Source of the DNA: Patescibacteria group bacterium UBA3530
Lineage (GTDB): Bacteria > Patescibacteriota > Minisyncoccia > Phycocordibacterales > UBA2100
Reading direction: 5' to 3'
DNA: 64,000 nucleotides
NCBI GenBank assembly: GCA_002376945.1
Contig: DFOX01000009.1
Coordinates: 1,340-65,339, forward strand
Shown: positions 37,962 to 47,686 of the stretch, in pieces
Layout of the letters: each line of letters starts with the position of its first letter
Numbering within the stretch: position 1 is the first letter of the stretch
The notes under the pieces: generated by a model
What the model was told of the DNA's origin: nothing
Databases searched by the model: none
Seen by the model: only the letters and a program-made list of their open reading frames with translations
Position numbers and translations under genes: made by a program

Positions 37962-38555
37962 ATGCGATATTCTTCCGAGAGAGGATTTACACTTATAGAA
38001 TCAATAGTGTTTCTCAGTGTCGTGGTCATCATCATCGTCGCTATTGTGGTTTCTCTACGGTATGCGTATCGAGGACAACGGTTTGCATTCGAACAAGCGG
38101 ATGCAACACGCAGCGCACGCGCAGGCATTAGCCGGGTTGTCGAGGATGTGCGAGAAGCATCATATGCTGATGATGGCGCGTACCCCATTGTGGCGATGGC
38201 GACTTCCAGCATCACTTTCTACAGCGACTACGACAATGACAACAAAGTGGAACGTATCAGATACTTTTTAGAGAATACTGATTTCAAGAGAGGTATTATT
38301 GAATCAGCGGGAGATCCTCCCGCATACGAACCTTCAAACGAAATTGTTACAGTAGTTTCGGATAATGTGAGAAATGAAAGTGTCGGGGTGCCCCTTTTCA
38401 CGTTCTATGACACATCAGGAGTTGAGATGAGTACACTCTCGGAAGTGGACGAACTTGCGTTCCTGCTCGTACGATTAATGGTGAACTTAAATCCAGAACG
38501 CGCACCGAATGATTTTGAATTACGAAGTAGTGCAGCGCTACGCAATATTAAATAG
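37962..38555 (+). CDS. Minor pilin (PilW-like)
   Basis: RG|FTLIESIV prepilin motif. Confidence 0.82.
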   Translation: MRYSSERGFTLIESIVFLSVVVIIIVAIVVSLRYAYRGQRFAFEQADATRSARAGISRVVEDVREASYADDGAYPIVAMATSSITFYSDYDNDNKVERIRYFLENTDFKRGIIESAGDPPAYEPSNEIVTVVSDNVRNESVGVPLFTFYDTSGVEMSTLSEVDELAFLLVRLMVNLNPERAPNDFELRSSAALRNIK

Positions 38556-38557
38556 GT

Positions 38558-39961
38558 ATGGAAAAAGCACAAAAAGGAATTGCTATAATACTCGTTCTCG
38601 TATTTGCCGCCGTATTCACATTGGCAATATCGGCGCTTGTTGGTTTCATCTTCACCCAAGCACAATTGGGAGCTTCAAAAGAGACGAGAGAAAAGGCATT
38701 GGGTATTGCAGAAGCAGGTCTTGCGTATTACCACTGGTTCCTCACACACAATCCGGGGGACATACAAGATGGAACGGGGACGAGTGGTCCGTACGTACAT
38801 GCATATAACGAACCCGGAGCAGGTCAGTTGGGTTCATACAGTTTGTCGATAGCGGGAAATGAGGCATGTGGAGTAATACAGTCCATAGACGTGACCTCCA
38901 CAGGAGAGGTTGCGGCTGACACTGCATTTAAACGAACCGTTTTCGGTCGACATGCAAAACCGAGTGTTGCAGAGTATTCGTACATTATTGGTGAAAGTGT
39001 ATGGGCAGGATCTGATAGAAATATAACAGGCCCGTACCATTCAAACGGAGGTATTCGAATGGATGGCACGAACAACTCTTTGGTAACCAGCGCGGTTGCA
39101 AACTGGTCATGTAACTCCAGTTTCGGTTGTTCACCGACGCAAACCCAAAATGGAGTATTTGGAGCAGGTTCTGGAAGCGTATTGTGGCAGTTTCCAGCAA
39201 ATAGCATTGATTTTAACGATATGGCAGCAGACTTCTCTGAGCTGAAAGGGTATGCACAAGCAAACGGGGTATACCTTGCTCCGTACAGTTCAACTGAAAT
39301 CAATTATGGTGGATATATGACCGCAACGAATGGATATCACCTTGTGTTTAATAGTGATGGTACGGTTGATATCTACCAAGTCACTAATACAGGAGGATAT
39401 TGGGGCTATCGTAGTGGTATCGGATGGACTCCGGATTTCCACATCATTAACGCAGAGTCATTTATCGAGAGAAGGGCGATACCGTCGAGCTGCTCTCTTA
39501 TATACGTGGAGGACAAGGTATGGATAGAGGGAACGGTAAAGGGAAAAGTGACTGTTGTTGCAGCAGATGTGGTAAACAATTATGATCCTGATGTAATTCT
39601 TGAGGATAATATAGACTATTCAGCACAAGACGGGTCAGACGGTCTGACGGTGATAAGTGAGAATGGTATTTACATACCACCTCAATCACCCGACAACTTG
39701 TCACTAAAAGGAATTTTTGTTGCTCAAGGAGATCGGTTCGGCAGACCATACTATTCAGGAGATACCAAAAGTCAGCTCACCATGAGTGGATCGATCGTTT
39801 CTCTTAAAAGAGTAGGGACGAGTTGGTCGTGTAGCGGATCATTCTGTTCAGGGTACGCTAATCGTGAAAACTCATATGATCGATTACAAACGACAAACCC
39901 ACCACCATTCACTCCGGCGAGTACCACCACTCCGCAATACATTTTGTGGAGAGAGATGTAG
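38558..39961 (+). CDS. PilX-like minor pilin / tip protein
   Basis: KG|IAIILVLV lacking E5, ALGIAEAGL motif, large beta-rich C-terminal domain ending WRE. Confidence 0.8.
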   Translation: MEKAQKGIAIILVLVFAAVFTLAISALVGFIFTQAQLGASKETREKALGIAEAGLAYYHWFLTHNPGDIQDGTGTSGPYVHAYNEPGAGQLGSYSLSIAGNEACGVIQSIDVTSTGEVAADTAFKRTVFGRHAKPSVAEYSYIIGESVWAGSDRNITGPYHSNGGIRMDGTNNSLVTSAVANWSCNSSFGCSPTQTQNGVFGAGSGSVLWQFPANSIDFNDMAADFSELKGYAQANGVYLAPYSSTEINYGGYMTATNGYHLVFNSDGTVDIYQVTNTGGYWGYRSGIGWTPDFHIINAESFIERRAIPSSCSLIYVEDKVWIEGTVKGKVTVVAADVVNNYDPDVILEDNIDYSAQDGSDGLTVISENGIYIPPQSPDNLSLKGIFVAQGDRFGRPYYSGDTKSQLTMSGSIVSLKRVGTSWSCSGSFCSGYANRENSYDRLQTTNPPPFTPASTTTPQYILWREM

Positions 39962-39978
39962 CATATATACTTACCCTC

Positions 39979-40728
39979 ATGAAAACAGTAATCGGTAATT
40001 GGAAACTGAATCCGCAATCTTTCCTGGAAGCGAAGCGGCTTTTTGAAGCAACAAAAAAAGTAGCGCATGCATACAAAAATACCAATATTATCATCGCACC
40101 TCCCGCGGTGTTTCTCTATGCACTCACAAAAGGATACCGCGGAACTCGGGTTGAGTTTGGGGCACAAGGTGTATCAAAAGAACTCACCGGATCGCACACC
40201 GGTGCCATATCCGCATTACAACTGCGCGATGTTGGTGCAACAGTTGCGATAATCGGACATGCCGAACAAAGAGCTGAAGGACTCACAAATGAAGAGGTTC
40301 GTGCACAGGTTGCAGCTTGTCTTGAGGGAAGACTGGATCCAATAGTTGCAGTAGGAGAAAAAGAACGAGATACGCAAGGAAATTATGTTGCTTTTGTGAG
40401 AGAGCAACTTGCTGAAGCACTACGGGATGTTTCGGGGACAAAATTTAAAAATATCACCATTGCATACGAACCGGTGTGGGCAATTGGAGCTCCTGACGCG
40501 CCAAGTGCGATGATGGTGCACCAAATGATTTTACTCGTACGAAAATTAATGGTTGAGTTGTACGGAGAAAGAGCGATGAAGGCGGTTCGTATTGTATACG
40601 GTGGGGCAATTAATGAGGACAATGCAAAGGACATTCTTGCCATCCCGGGACTTCACGGAGTGCTCGTTGGAAGAGCGAGTTTAGATCCGGTGAGACTGGA
40701 GGAAATCGTTAAGGTAGCAAATGAATAA
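39979..40728 (+). CDS. tpiA: Triosephosphate isomerase
   Basis: GNWK, GHAE, AYEPVWAIG, YGG, LVGRAS. Confidence 0.93.
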   Translation: MKTVIGNWKLNPQSFLEAKRLFEATKKVAHAYKNTNIIIAPPAVFLYALTKGYRGTRVEFGAQGVSKELTGSHTGAISALQLRDVGATVAIIGHAEQRAEGLTNEEVRAQVAACLEGRLDPIVAVGEKERDTQGNYVAFVREQLAEALRDVSGTKFKNITIAYEPVWAIGAPDAPSAMMVHQMILLVRKLMVELYGERAMKAVRIVYGGAINEDNAKDILAIPGLHGVLVGRASLDPVRLEEIVKVANE

Positions 40729-41821
40729 TATGAAATATATCGATGAAAATGTAGAAGTGACCGGAAAGAAAGTGCTGGTGAGAGCGGGGTTAAATGTGCC
40801 GTTACACGAAGAAAGAATAGTGGATGATTTTAGAATTAAAAATGCAATAGACACACTCAAGTTTTTGCACACACAAGGTGCACAAACCATCGTTATTGCG
40901 CATATCGGGAGGAGGGGAAATGAATCGCTTCGACACGTATCCGAACTTCTCAGTGAGCACGTTCCGGTAGTTTTCGGAGAGGAGCATTTAGAGAAAATGA
41001 AGGATGGAGACATCGTGCTTCTGGAGAATTTGAGAAGAGATCCCCGCGAGACGAATAATGATGAGTCGTTCGCGCGAGAACTCGCCGACTTGGCCGAGAT
41101 ATTCGTTCAAGATGCGTTTGAAGTGTGTCACCGAGAGCATGCGAGCATTGTAGGAGTGGCAAAGCACCTACCAAGCTATGGAGGATTGTTATTGAAGAGA
41201 GAAATCACCGCTCTTTCCATGGCATTTAAGCCACGCCATCCAGCTCTCTTTATACTGGGAGGGGGAAAGGTGATCACGAAGGAGCCCCTGGCACAAAAAT
41301 TTGAGGGCATTTACGATGCCGTGTTCATTGGAGGCATCCTGCAAAATGAGATACTTTCTGCAAGAGGGTTGGAGATAGGAAAATCTGCCGTCGAAGACGG
41401 CGCGGTGCCGTTTAGTGTACTATCATCACCGAAAGTTGTAGAAGTGGAAGATGTCATTATCGAAGATGAAAAAGGCGGAACAGCAAATATTTCGATTCAT
41501 GATGTCGCACCGACAGACACTATTGTCGATATGGGAGAAGCCACTACACGAGCACTCATCGACACACTTCACATGTATAAAACTATTGTGTGGAACGGAC
41601 CGCTTGGTTGGTACGAGCGGGGGTATGACGCGTCAACGGTGACGTTGCTACATGCCGTCGCAAAAAGTAATGCTAAAACGATCGTTGGCGGTGGTGATAC
41701 GGTCGCAGTGATTCAAAAAGAAGGTCTGGAAGACGATCTCTCTTTTGTGTCCACCGGCGGAGGGGCGATGTTACAGTTTCTGCAAGAAGGAACGCTTCCC
41801 GGAATTGAAGCATTAGGGTAG
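40721..41821 (+). CDS. pgk: Phosphoglycerate kinase
   Basis: LNVP, LLENLR, HREHAS, WNGPLG, GGGDT, STGGGA. Confidence 0.92.
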   Translation: MNNMKYIDENVEVTGKKVLVRAGLNVPLHEERIVDDFRIKNAIDTLKFLHTQGAQTIVIAHIGRRGNESLRHVSELLSEHVPVVFGEEHLEKMKDGDIVLLENLRRDPRETNNDESFARELADLAEIFVQDAFEVCHREHASIVGVAKHLPSYGGLLLKREITALSMAFKPRHPALFILGGGKVITKEPLAQKFEGIYDAVFIGGILQNEILSARGLEIGKSAVEDGAVPFSVLSSPKVVEVEDVIIEDEKGGTANISIHDVAPTDTIVDMGEATTRALIDTLHMYKTIVWNGPLGWYERGYDASTVTLLHAVAKSNAKTIVGGGDTVAVIQKEGLEDDLSFVSTGGGAMLQFLQEGTLPGIEALG

Positions 41822-42214
41822 ATTTTTTACAATCTGCAAAGCAGCCGTGTCCATCGCTTCATCACTCAGATCTTTAATGTTTTTAAGGTTAATGGATCCA
41901 CCGTGCCCATCATTTTCGTGACGTGGCACCAACCACATGTGTGCGTGAGGAACTTCTTCTCCGAAGATAAGTGAGACAATGTGATCAGTCTCAAAAGCGC
42001 TTCTCTGAGCGTTTGCGATTTTGTGACATACTTCCATGTACGCGGGCGTGTTTTCCATATCCCATACCCATCGATGATGTTTTTTTGGTATGACGAGCGT
42101 GTGTCCGGGATTGAGCGGCCGTACATCAAGGAAGGCGAGAAAGGAGTCATCCTCATACACCACTCTTGAAGGTATTTCTCCAGCAACTATGTTACAGAAA
42201 ATACAATCTGTCAT
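41813..42214 (-). CDS. HIT family protein
   Basis: CIFC, GHTLVIPK, VPHAHMW. Confidence 0.9.
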   Translation of the reverse strand: MTDCIFCNIVAGEIPSRVVYEDDSFLAFLDVRPLNPGHTLVIPKKHHRWVWDMENTPAYMEVCHKIANAQRSAFETDHIVSLIFGEEVPHAHMWLVPRHENDGHGGSINLKNIKDLSDEAMDTAALQIVKNLP

Positions 42215-42249
42215 TAACGAAAGTATATCGCATGCTACAATCTCCTCCA

Positions 42250-43905
42250 ATGGAAGATTTTATACACAATCTACTCACACAGAGAGGGATAGTGACCGAA
42301 GAAGATAGAGATCGATTTTTCAATCCAAATTATGAAAGGGACTTGCACGATCCTTTTCTCTTGAAAGACATGGATGCTGCGGTTGTTCGCATCGTAGCGG
42401 CAATTGAGAACAAAGAAAAAATTGCAATTTATAGTGACTTTGATGCGGATGGAATTCCCGCAGGTGTGTTGCTTGCCGAATTCTTACAAAAAGTCGGTCA
42501 CACAAATTTTGTAAATTATATTCCACATCGTCATACTCAAGGGTACGGATTTCACACAACAGCAGTTACCGAGTTATGCACACAAAATGTCTCCTTGATA
42601 ATTACTGCAGACGTTGGTATCGCAGATGTGGAGACGGTAGCATATGCTGCGGATAGGGGGGTGGATGTCATTATCACCGATCATCACCTACCAAAGGAGC
42701 AATTACCAAAAGCGATTGCTATCGTGAACCCGCAAAGAAAGGATTGTGTATATCCCAACAAACATCTCTGCGGGAGCGGTGTTGCGTTCAAGCTCGTACA
42801 GGCACTGCTTACACACTCTCGTAAGGAAAAACGTGTATGGGTGGACGCAATTACAGAAGGGTGGGAAAAATGGCTATTGGACTTAGTGGCTATAGCAACT
42901 GTCGGAGACATGGTTGAATTAACGGGAGAAAATAGAGCACTTGTTCATTTTGGAATACTTGTTCTGAGAAAATCAAAAAGACCTGGCATCGCAGCGCTCT
43001 GCAAAAAACTGCGATTGGCTAAGCCATTTCTTACAGAAGACGATATAGGGTTTTCAATTGCTCCGAGAATCAATGCCTCCAGTCGCATGGGTAGTCCGGA
43101 AACGGCTTTTCGACTACTTGCAACACATCATGAGCAAGAGGCGGTCAGTATGGCAAAGGAGTTAGAATCTTTGAACAATAAGAGAAAAGGCGGTGTTGCA
43201 AGTATTGTGCGCACACTCAAGGAAAGATTTGATGATCATGAAGCCAATGTATTGGTGGCGGGGAATCCTCACTGGAACCCGGCTCTGCTTGGGCTCGCAG
43301 CGAATTCTTTGGTTGACACCTATGGTAAAACAGTCTGTCTCTGGGGGAGAGAGGGTACAGGAAGTATCAAAGGGTCATGTCGGGGCAACGGAGACGTTGG
43401 CGTGGTTGATTTGTTTACACACATGGGAGAAGTACTCACCCAATTTGGAGGACATGCTCATGCTGGGGGCTTTTCAGTCTCAGGAGACAACATATACGAT
43501 ATTGAAAAAGCTTTTGAAGATGCCTATGTGCAGATGCCAAAAACAAATATGACACAATCAGTATCTCCAGATGCCGCACTGCCACATGATGCGCTTGAAC
43601 ATACTCACCGTGCAATTGCACGCATGGCTCCGTTTGGTGTTGGTAATCCCAAGCCGTTATTTGTGTATGAAAATGCGCATGTCACTTCTCTTCGCCAGTT
43701 TGGAAAAGAAGGACTTCACTTGGAGATGCAGCTTCGTAGTGGAAGTTTGAAAGAACAGATACGCGCCATTTCTTTTTTTAAGCATCCCGATTCATTCACT
43801 GAGAAAGTAACCGAAGGAAACCAAGTGAATGTAATCGGCACACTTGAATTATCGCGGTTTATGGGACGTGTGCAATTTGAGTTGCGGGTTGTTGATGTGG
43901 TATAG
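42250..43905 (+). CDS. recJ: Single-stranded-DNA-specific exonuclease RecJ
   Basis: DFDADG, ITDHH, IAPRINA, GGHAHAGG, PFGVGNP. Confidence 0.95.
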   Translation: MEDFIHNLLTQRGIVTEEDRDRFFNPNYERDLHDPFLLKDMDAAVVRIVAAIENKEKIAIYSDFDADGIPAGVLLAEFLQKVGHTNFVNYIPHRHTQGYGFHTTAVTELCTQNVSLIITADVGIADVETVAYAADRGVDVIITDHHLPKEQLPKAIAIVNPQRKDCVYPNKHLCGSGVAFKLVQALLTHSRKEKRVWVDAITEGWEKWLLDLVAIATVGDMVELTGENRALVHFGILVLRKSKRPGIAALCKKLRLAKPFLTEDDIGFSIAPRINASSRMGSPETAFRLLATHHEQEAVSMAKELESLNNKRKGGVASIVRTLKERFDDHEANVLVAGNPHWNPALLGLAANSLVDTYGKTVCLWGREGTGSIKGSCRGNGDVGVVDLFTHMGEVLTQFGGHAHAGGFSVSGDNIYDIEKAFEDAYVQMPKTNMTQSVSPDAALPHDALEHTHRAIARMAPFGVGNPKPLFVYENAHVTSLRQFGKEGLHLEMQLRSGSLKEQIRAISFFKHPDSFTEKVTEGNQVNVIGTLELSRFMGRVQFELRVVDVV

Positions 43906-43961
43906 AGGGGCTATCAACAAAGAGAGGGCCATACATCGTGCGGGTACGATATACTGTGTAT

Positions 43962-44954
43962 ATGAAATCGTTCTCTACAAAGGAAGCTCTTGTTGTAGGG
44001 TGGCAAACATTCAAAGAGCGACCCTTCTTTTTAATCGGGCTTTTCATACTCACTACCGTTATTTCTTCAGTGATGGGTCTTGTTGCTGAGAATGTGAGTG
44101 GAAGTACCGGGGTGGTAATCAATCTGGTTGATTTTGCCATCCAGATAATTCTTGGAATGGGCATTACCCTTATCTTGTTGCGCGTGTACGATAAATCCGA
44201 AACCGATTATACTGACCTTGTAGAGCCGTTACATTTATTTTGGAAGTATCTTGTGATGACTATTCTAGTGGTGTCCATTATCACTATCGGTCTCGTACTC
44301 TTCTTAGTACCAGGAATTGTTGCGGGTATTGCGCTTGCATTTGCGCCGTATTTGGTTGTGGATAGAAATATGGGACCTGTTCAAGCCATTAAAGAGAGTA
44401 TGCGTATCACTCATGGACATCGATGGGGCCTTTTCATTTTCGGTTTTCTCATTTTTGTTATAAACATTCTCGGTGCAATCGTATTTGGCATGGGGTTGTT
44501 CCTCACTATTCCCATAACCGCACTTGCTGCAGTACATGTCTATCGCTGGCTTCTGAATCCTCCAGAACATGATGGTTCCGAGGTGACCATGACCGCAAAA
44601 GTGTTGGTTTCATTTGCGTTTGTATTGGTGCTTGGTGGTTTGATTGTATTCGTACTTGCGCTTGGGGGCATTCGGGGTTCTGAAACTGCGGATATGCGCG
44701 ATGCTCAACGACAGGCCGATATGGGAGTCATTGGTTTAGCGGCAGATATGTACTATACAGAGTACGGTACTTTTCCTACAACACTGCAAGATATGGTACC
44801 CGATCTTTTGAATGATATTCCAAGAGACCCTGCGACAAATACCGAGTATGTATACACTACATACGGTGAGAACATCGACTATCAATTATGTGCCGAGTTA
44901 GAATCTACTGGTCAAACATATTGTACGTACGGTTTGGAAGTCGGAGGAGAGTAG
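43962..44954 (+). CDS. Polytopic membrane protein (DUF975-like) fused to a C-terminal GspG/pilin-like domain
   Basis: LFLVPGI...AIKESMRITHG membrane domain, then RDAQRQADM...YYTEYGTFP...PRDP...YQLCAELE. Confidence 0.7.
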   Translation: MKSFSTKEALVVGWQTFKERPFFLIGLFILTTVISSVMGLVAENVSGSTGVVINLVDFAIQIILGMGITLILLRVYDKSETDYTDLVEPLHLFWKYLVMTILVVSIITIGLVLFLVPGIVAGIALAFAPYLVVDRNMGPVQAIKESMRITHGHRWGLFIFGFLIFVINILGAIVFGMGLFLTIPITALAAVHVYRWLLNPPEHDGSEVTMTAKVLVSFAFVLVLGGLIVFVLALGGIRGSETADMRDAQRQADMGVIGLAADMYYTEYGTFPTTLQDMVPDLLNDIPRDPATNTEYVYTTYGENIDYQLCAELESTGQTYCTYGLEVGGE

Positions 44955-44991
44955 TCGACTATACCACATGACGCGCGTATACTGAGAGCTC

Positions 44992-45414
44992 ATGGATTCA
45001 TTACTTATTTACACCGACGGTGCGTCTCGTGGAAATCCCGGAAGTGCCGGTGCCGGTGCGGTTATTTTCAAAGGAGAAGAATTGATTGCCGAGATAAAGC
45101 AATTTCTTGGGCAACAAACCAACAACTGGTCAGAGTATGAAGCTGTTGCCCTTGCCCTTTCTCGTGTTAAGGATATGGGTCTTGAACAATTAGATGTAGA
45201 AATTAAACTTGATAGCAAATTGGTGGCAGAACAACTGTCTGGTAATTGGAAAATAAAATCGGACACCATACGAGATCAATACAGAAAAGTGCAAGAAATT
45301 CTTTCAAAAGGATTTGCTCCCGTTACCTACACACACATTCGGCGGGAGTTAAATACACACGCTGATCAACTTGCAAATGATGCCATTGACGACGCGCTCA
45401 GGCTGCGGAAGTAA
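44992..45414 (+). CDS. rnhA: Ribonuclease HI
   Basis: YTDGASRGNPG, TNNWSEY, DSKLV, RELNTHADQLAN. Confidence 0.93.
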   Translation: MDSLLIYTDGASRGNPGSAGAGAVIFKGEELIAEIKQFLGQQTNNWSEYEAVALALSRVKDMGLEQLDVEIKLDSKLVAEQLSGNWKIKSDTIRDQYRKVQEILSKGFAPVTYTHIRRELNTHADQLANDAIDDALRLRK

Positions 45415-45438
45415 CTCTCTTTTTGGTATGGTACGTGT

Positions 45439-46863
45439 ATGCATCGCTACGTACCCATTGCTTTTGTCGGATTATTGGCTGGAATTGCTTTCCGTTCGTT
45501 TGTAGATGTTGGGTTTCAATTTTTCTTACTACCTCCTTTAATTGCATTCACACTTCTGTGCCTGTATCGACGGCGACACCTCTCTTTTGTGGTGCTGCTC
45601 ATATTCATCTCACTGGGGATGGTGCGAATGGATGTTGCCGTGCCACCAAATGTCAATTTTGATAATGTGGGAGAGCAAATTGCGTTTATCGGAACGGTGG
45701 TAAAAGATCCTGATGAGCGAGAATATTACACCAATCTTGTCCTGGAGAGTGATGTATTTAAGCATCGAGTGTTGGTGAAAGCTTCAACTAACGAAACCTT
45801 TCGTTATGGAGAGCGCGTGTCTGTTTCGGGTGTGGTGGAGCAACCACAAAATTTTGAAGGAGACACGGGGCGAGTGTTTAACTATCAGGGGTACCTCGCC
45901 AAAGATGACATCTACTATGTTATACAAACAGAAGACGTCTTCGTAGTGGAGACGAGAACCACGGCAATGAGCATACTTCTCTCTGCCAAAGAGCGATATT
46001 TACTTTCCTTGAAAACATTTCTCAAAGAACCCTATGCGGCGCTTGCCGGTGGTATAACGGTAGGTGAAAAACGTTCTTTGGGAAGTGAATTAACAAAAAA
46101 GTTCAGAGAAGCGGGCCTTATTCACATCGTGGTGCTGTCTGGATACAACATTGCAATTATGGTTATTGCACTTTCGGCACTGCTTTCCTTCTTGAATCCG
46201 ACTATACGATCAGTTGCAGCAATTATTTTAATTGCAGTATTTACGGTGTTTGTCGGTGCGTCTGCAACGGTGGTTCGCGCCGCTCTTATGGGAGGCATTG
46301 CGGCATTTGGAGTGATGGCTCGAAGAAATTATGATGCGCTGCACGCACTTGTGGTTGCAGGATGTATCATGGTGTTATGGAATCCATACGTGGTCATCTA
46401 CGACCCTTCATTTCAATTAAGTTTTGTGGCGACACTGGGCCTACTTCTCGGAGCGCCACTTTTTCTCCACTGGTTGTCATTCATCCCGGAAACATTTGGA
46501 TTACGTGAGTTGGTGGTTGCAACAGTGGTAACACAAATCGCAGTACTCCCATTGTTGGTGTACATGATGGGCGAGGTTTCATTGGTATCCCTTCCGGTAA
46601 ATATGGTTGTGTTGCCGTTCGTACCTCTTGCCATGCTCTTTTCATTTCTAGTTGGCGTATTGGGAATGATAAGTGGAGTATTAACACTTCCTTTTATGTT
46701 CGTCGCCCACTATTTCCTGCGCTTTATTGTTTCTGTCGTTGAGTTTGGAACATCTGTTTCATGGGCTGCAGTTGCGGTGCCGAACATTCCCTTTTGGGCC
46801 GTGGTCGTTTCATACATCATACTAATCATGTTGTGGATGAAAGGAAAACAGGCAGCCTCGTGA
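45439..46863 (+). CDS. comEC: ComEC/Rec2 competence channel (OB + competence domain)
   Basis: FNYQGYL, GLIHIVVLSGYNI, ASATVVRA, FQLSF. Confidence 0.92.
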   Translation: MHRYVPIAFVGLLAGIAFRSFVDVGFQFFLLPPLIAFTLLCLYRRRHLSFVVLLIFISLGMVRMDVAVPPNVNFDNVGEQIAFIGTVVKDPDEREYYTNLVLESDVFKHRVLVKASTNETFRYGERVSVSGVVEQPQNFEGDTGRVFNYQGYLAKDDIYYVIQTEDVFVVETRTTAMSILLSAKERYLLSLKTFLKEPYAALAGGITVGEKRSLGSELTKKFREAGLIHIVVLSGYNIAIMVIALSALLSFLNPTIRSVAAIILIAVFTVFVGASATVVRAALMGGIAAFGVMARRNYDALHALVVAGCIMVLWNPYVVIYDPSFQLSFVATLGLLLGAPLFLHWLSFIPETFGLRELVVATVVTQIAVLPLLVYMMGEVSLVSLPVNMVVLPFVPLAMLFSFLVGVLGMISGVLTLPFMFVAHYFLRFIVSVVEFGTSVSWAAVAVPNIPFWAVVVSYIILIMLWMKGKQAAS

Positions 46864-46881
46864 GGCTGCCCATCTCGTTTC

Positions 46882-47361
46882 TCAGACCCCTGCCGACACG
46901 CCGGCAGTACGGTTTCTTGCCGAAGCAATCGCCTGTGCAATATCCCTACGTTCCCATTCTTGGAATCCGACATCATCTTTCGTGATGGTGTCGATGACTT
47001 CGAGGATGCGCCTTTCGCCTATATTCCCACTTGTCAGCTCACTCAAAAGCTCGCATGACACTTGGCGCAGAGTCTTGTACCGCGCCATGCACATCCGAGT
47101 CCCCTGTTCTTCGGAGAGCATTTTTTCTTGCTCATTGATTTGTTTCAGAAAAGAAACAATCGCTTCTTGTTTGCCCATACAGATGCGCTTTGCAGCGGCA
47201 TCAAGTGCATGACGGGCTCTTTGCGCATTATCAAACAGATGTATGTTGGAGAGGATTTCCCCGCATACAATCAATGGGACACTTGGCGCTGCCGCGTCTA
47301 TATCAATAGACTCGACATATCGTATGACGGCAAGTGCCTGTTTTTGTGATGATGGCGTCAT
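46882..47361 (-). CDS. Orphan hypothetical protein
   Basis: Own promoter TTGACA-16-TATACT (47442-47415) and GAGGGAAG before the start. Confidence 0.6.
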   Translation of the reverse strand: MTPSSQKQALAVIRYVESIDIDAAAPSVPLIVCGEILSNIHLFDNAQRARHALDAAAKRICMGKQEAIVSFLKQINEQEKMLSEEQGTRMCMARYKTLRQVSCELLSELTSGNIGERRILEVIDTITKDDVGFQEWERRDIAQAIASARNRTAGVSAGV

Positions 47362-47462
47362 CAATCTTCCCTCGCAAGTTAAAAAGAACGTCGCATATCA
47401 AGTGCGACCAGGAGAGTATACGGTATGCTGAATAGGTGTCAAATGGTTATGCATCCAAAAGA

Positions 47463-47490
47463 AAACCTCGGGCACCTGCGTGCCCGAGGA
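47463..47490 (-). terminator. Intrinsic terminator
   Basis: CCTCGGGCAC-GCAG-GTGCCCGAGG followed by TTTT. Confidence 0.75.
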
Positions 47491-47498
47491 TGAAGACA

Positions 47499-47651
47499 CT
47501 AGGCGAAACAATCACCCAGCGCGTCGGCGAAATCCCCAAAACAGGGGGACTCCTCTTCATCGGCGGGGAGTTTCTGCTCCCTGCGGCGCTCATCGGCAGT
47601 GTTTTCCGATGAGCGTGGCGGGGAATCTCCCCCTGATGATTTGTGTCTCAT
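47499..47651 (-). CDS. Putative 50-aa small protein MRHKSSGG...SPCFGDFADALGDCFA
   Basis: AGGAGGG SD 4 nt before ATG; the stop is followed closely by a terminator. Confidence 0.45.
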   Translation of the reverse strand: MRHKSSGGDSPPRSSENTADERRREQKLPADEEESPCFGDFADALGDCFA

Positions 47652-47686
47652 TTAACCCTCCTATGAAGTTGGAACAAGATACCATG

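Noticed and set aside
39979-41821. tpiA and pgk as pseudogenes because of motif drift (GHAEQR, RAGLNVP)
   Set aside because: Both ORFs are full length and uninterrupted, TPI keeps its catalytic K/H/E, and PGK keeps most signature motifs.
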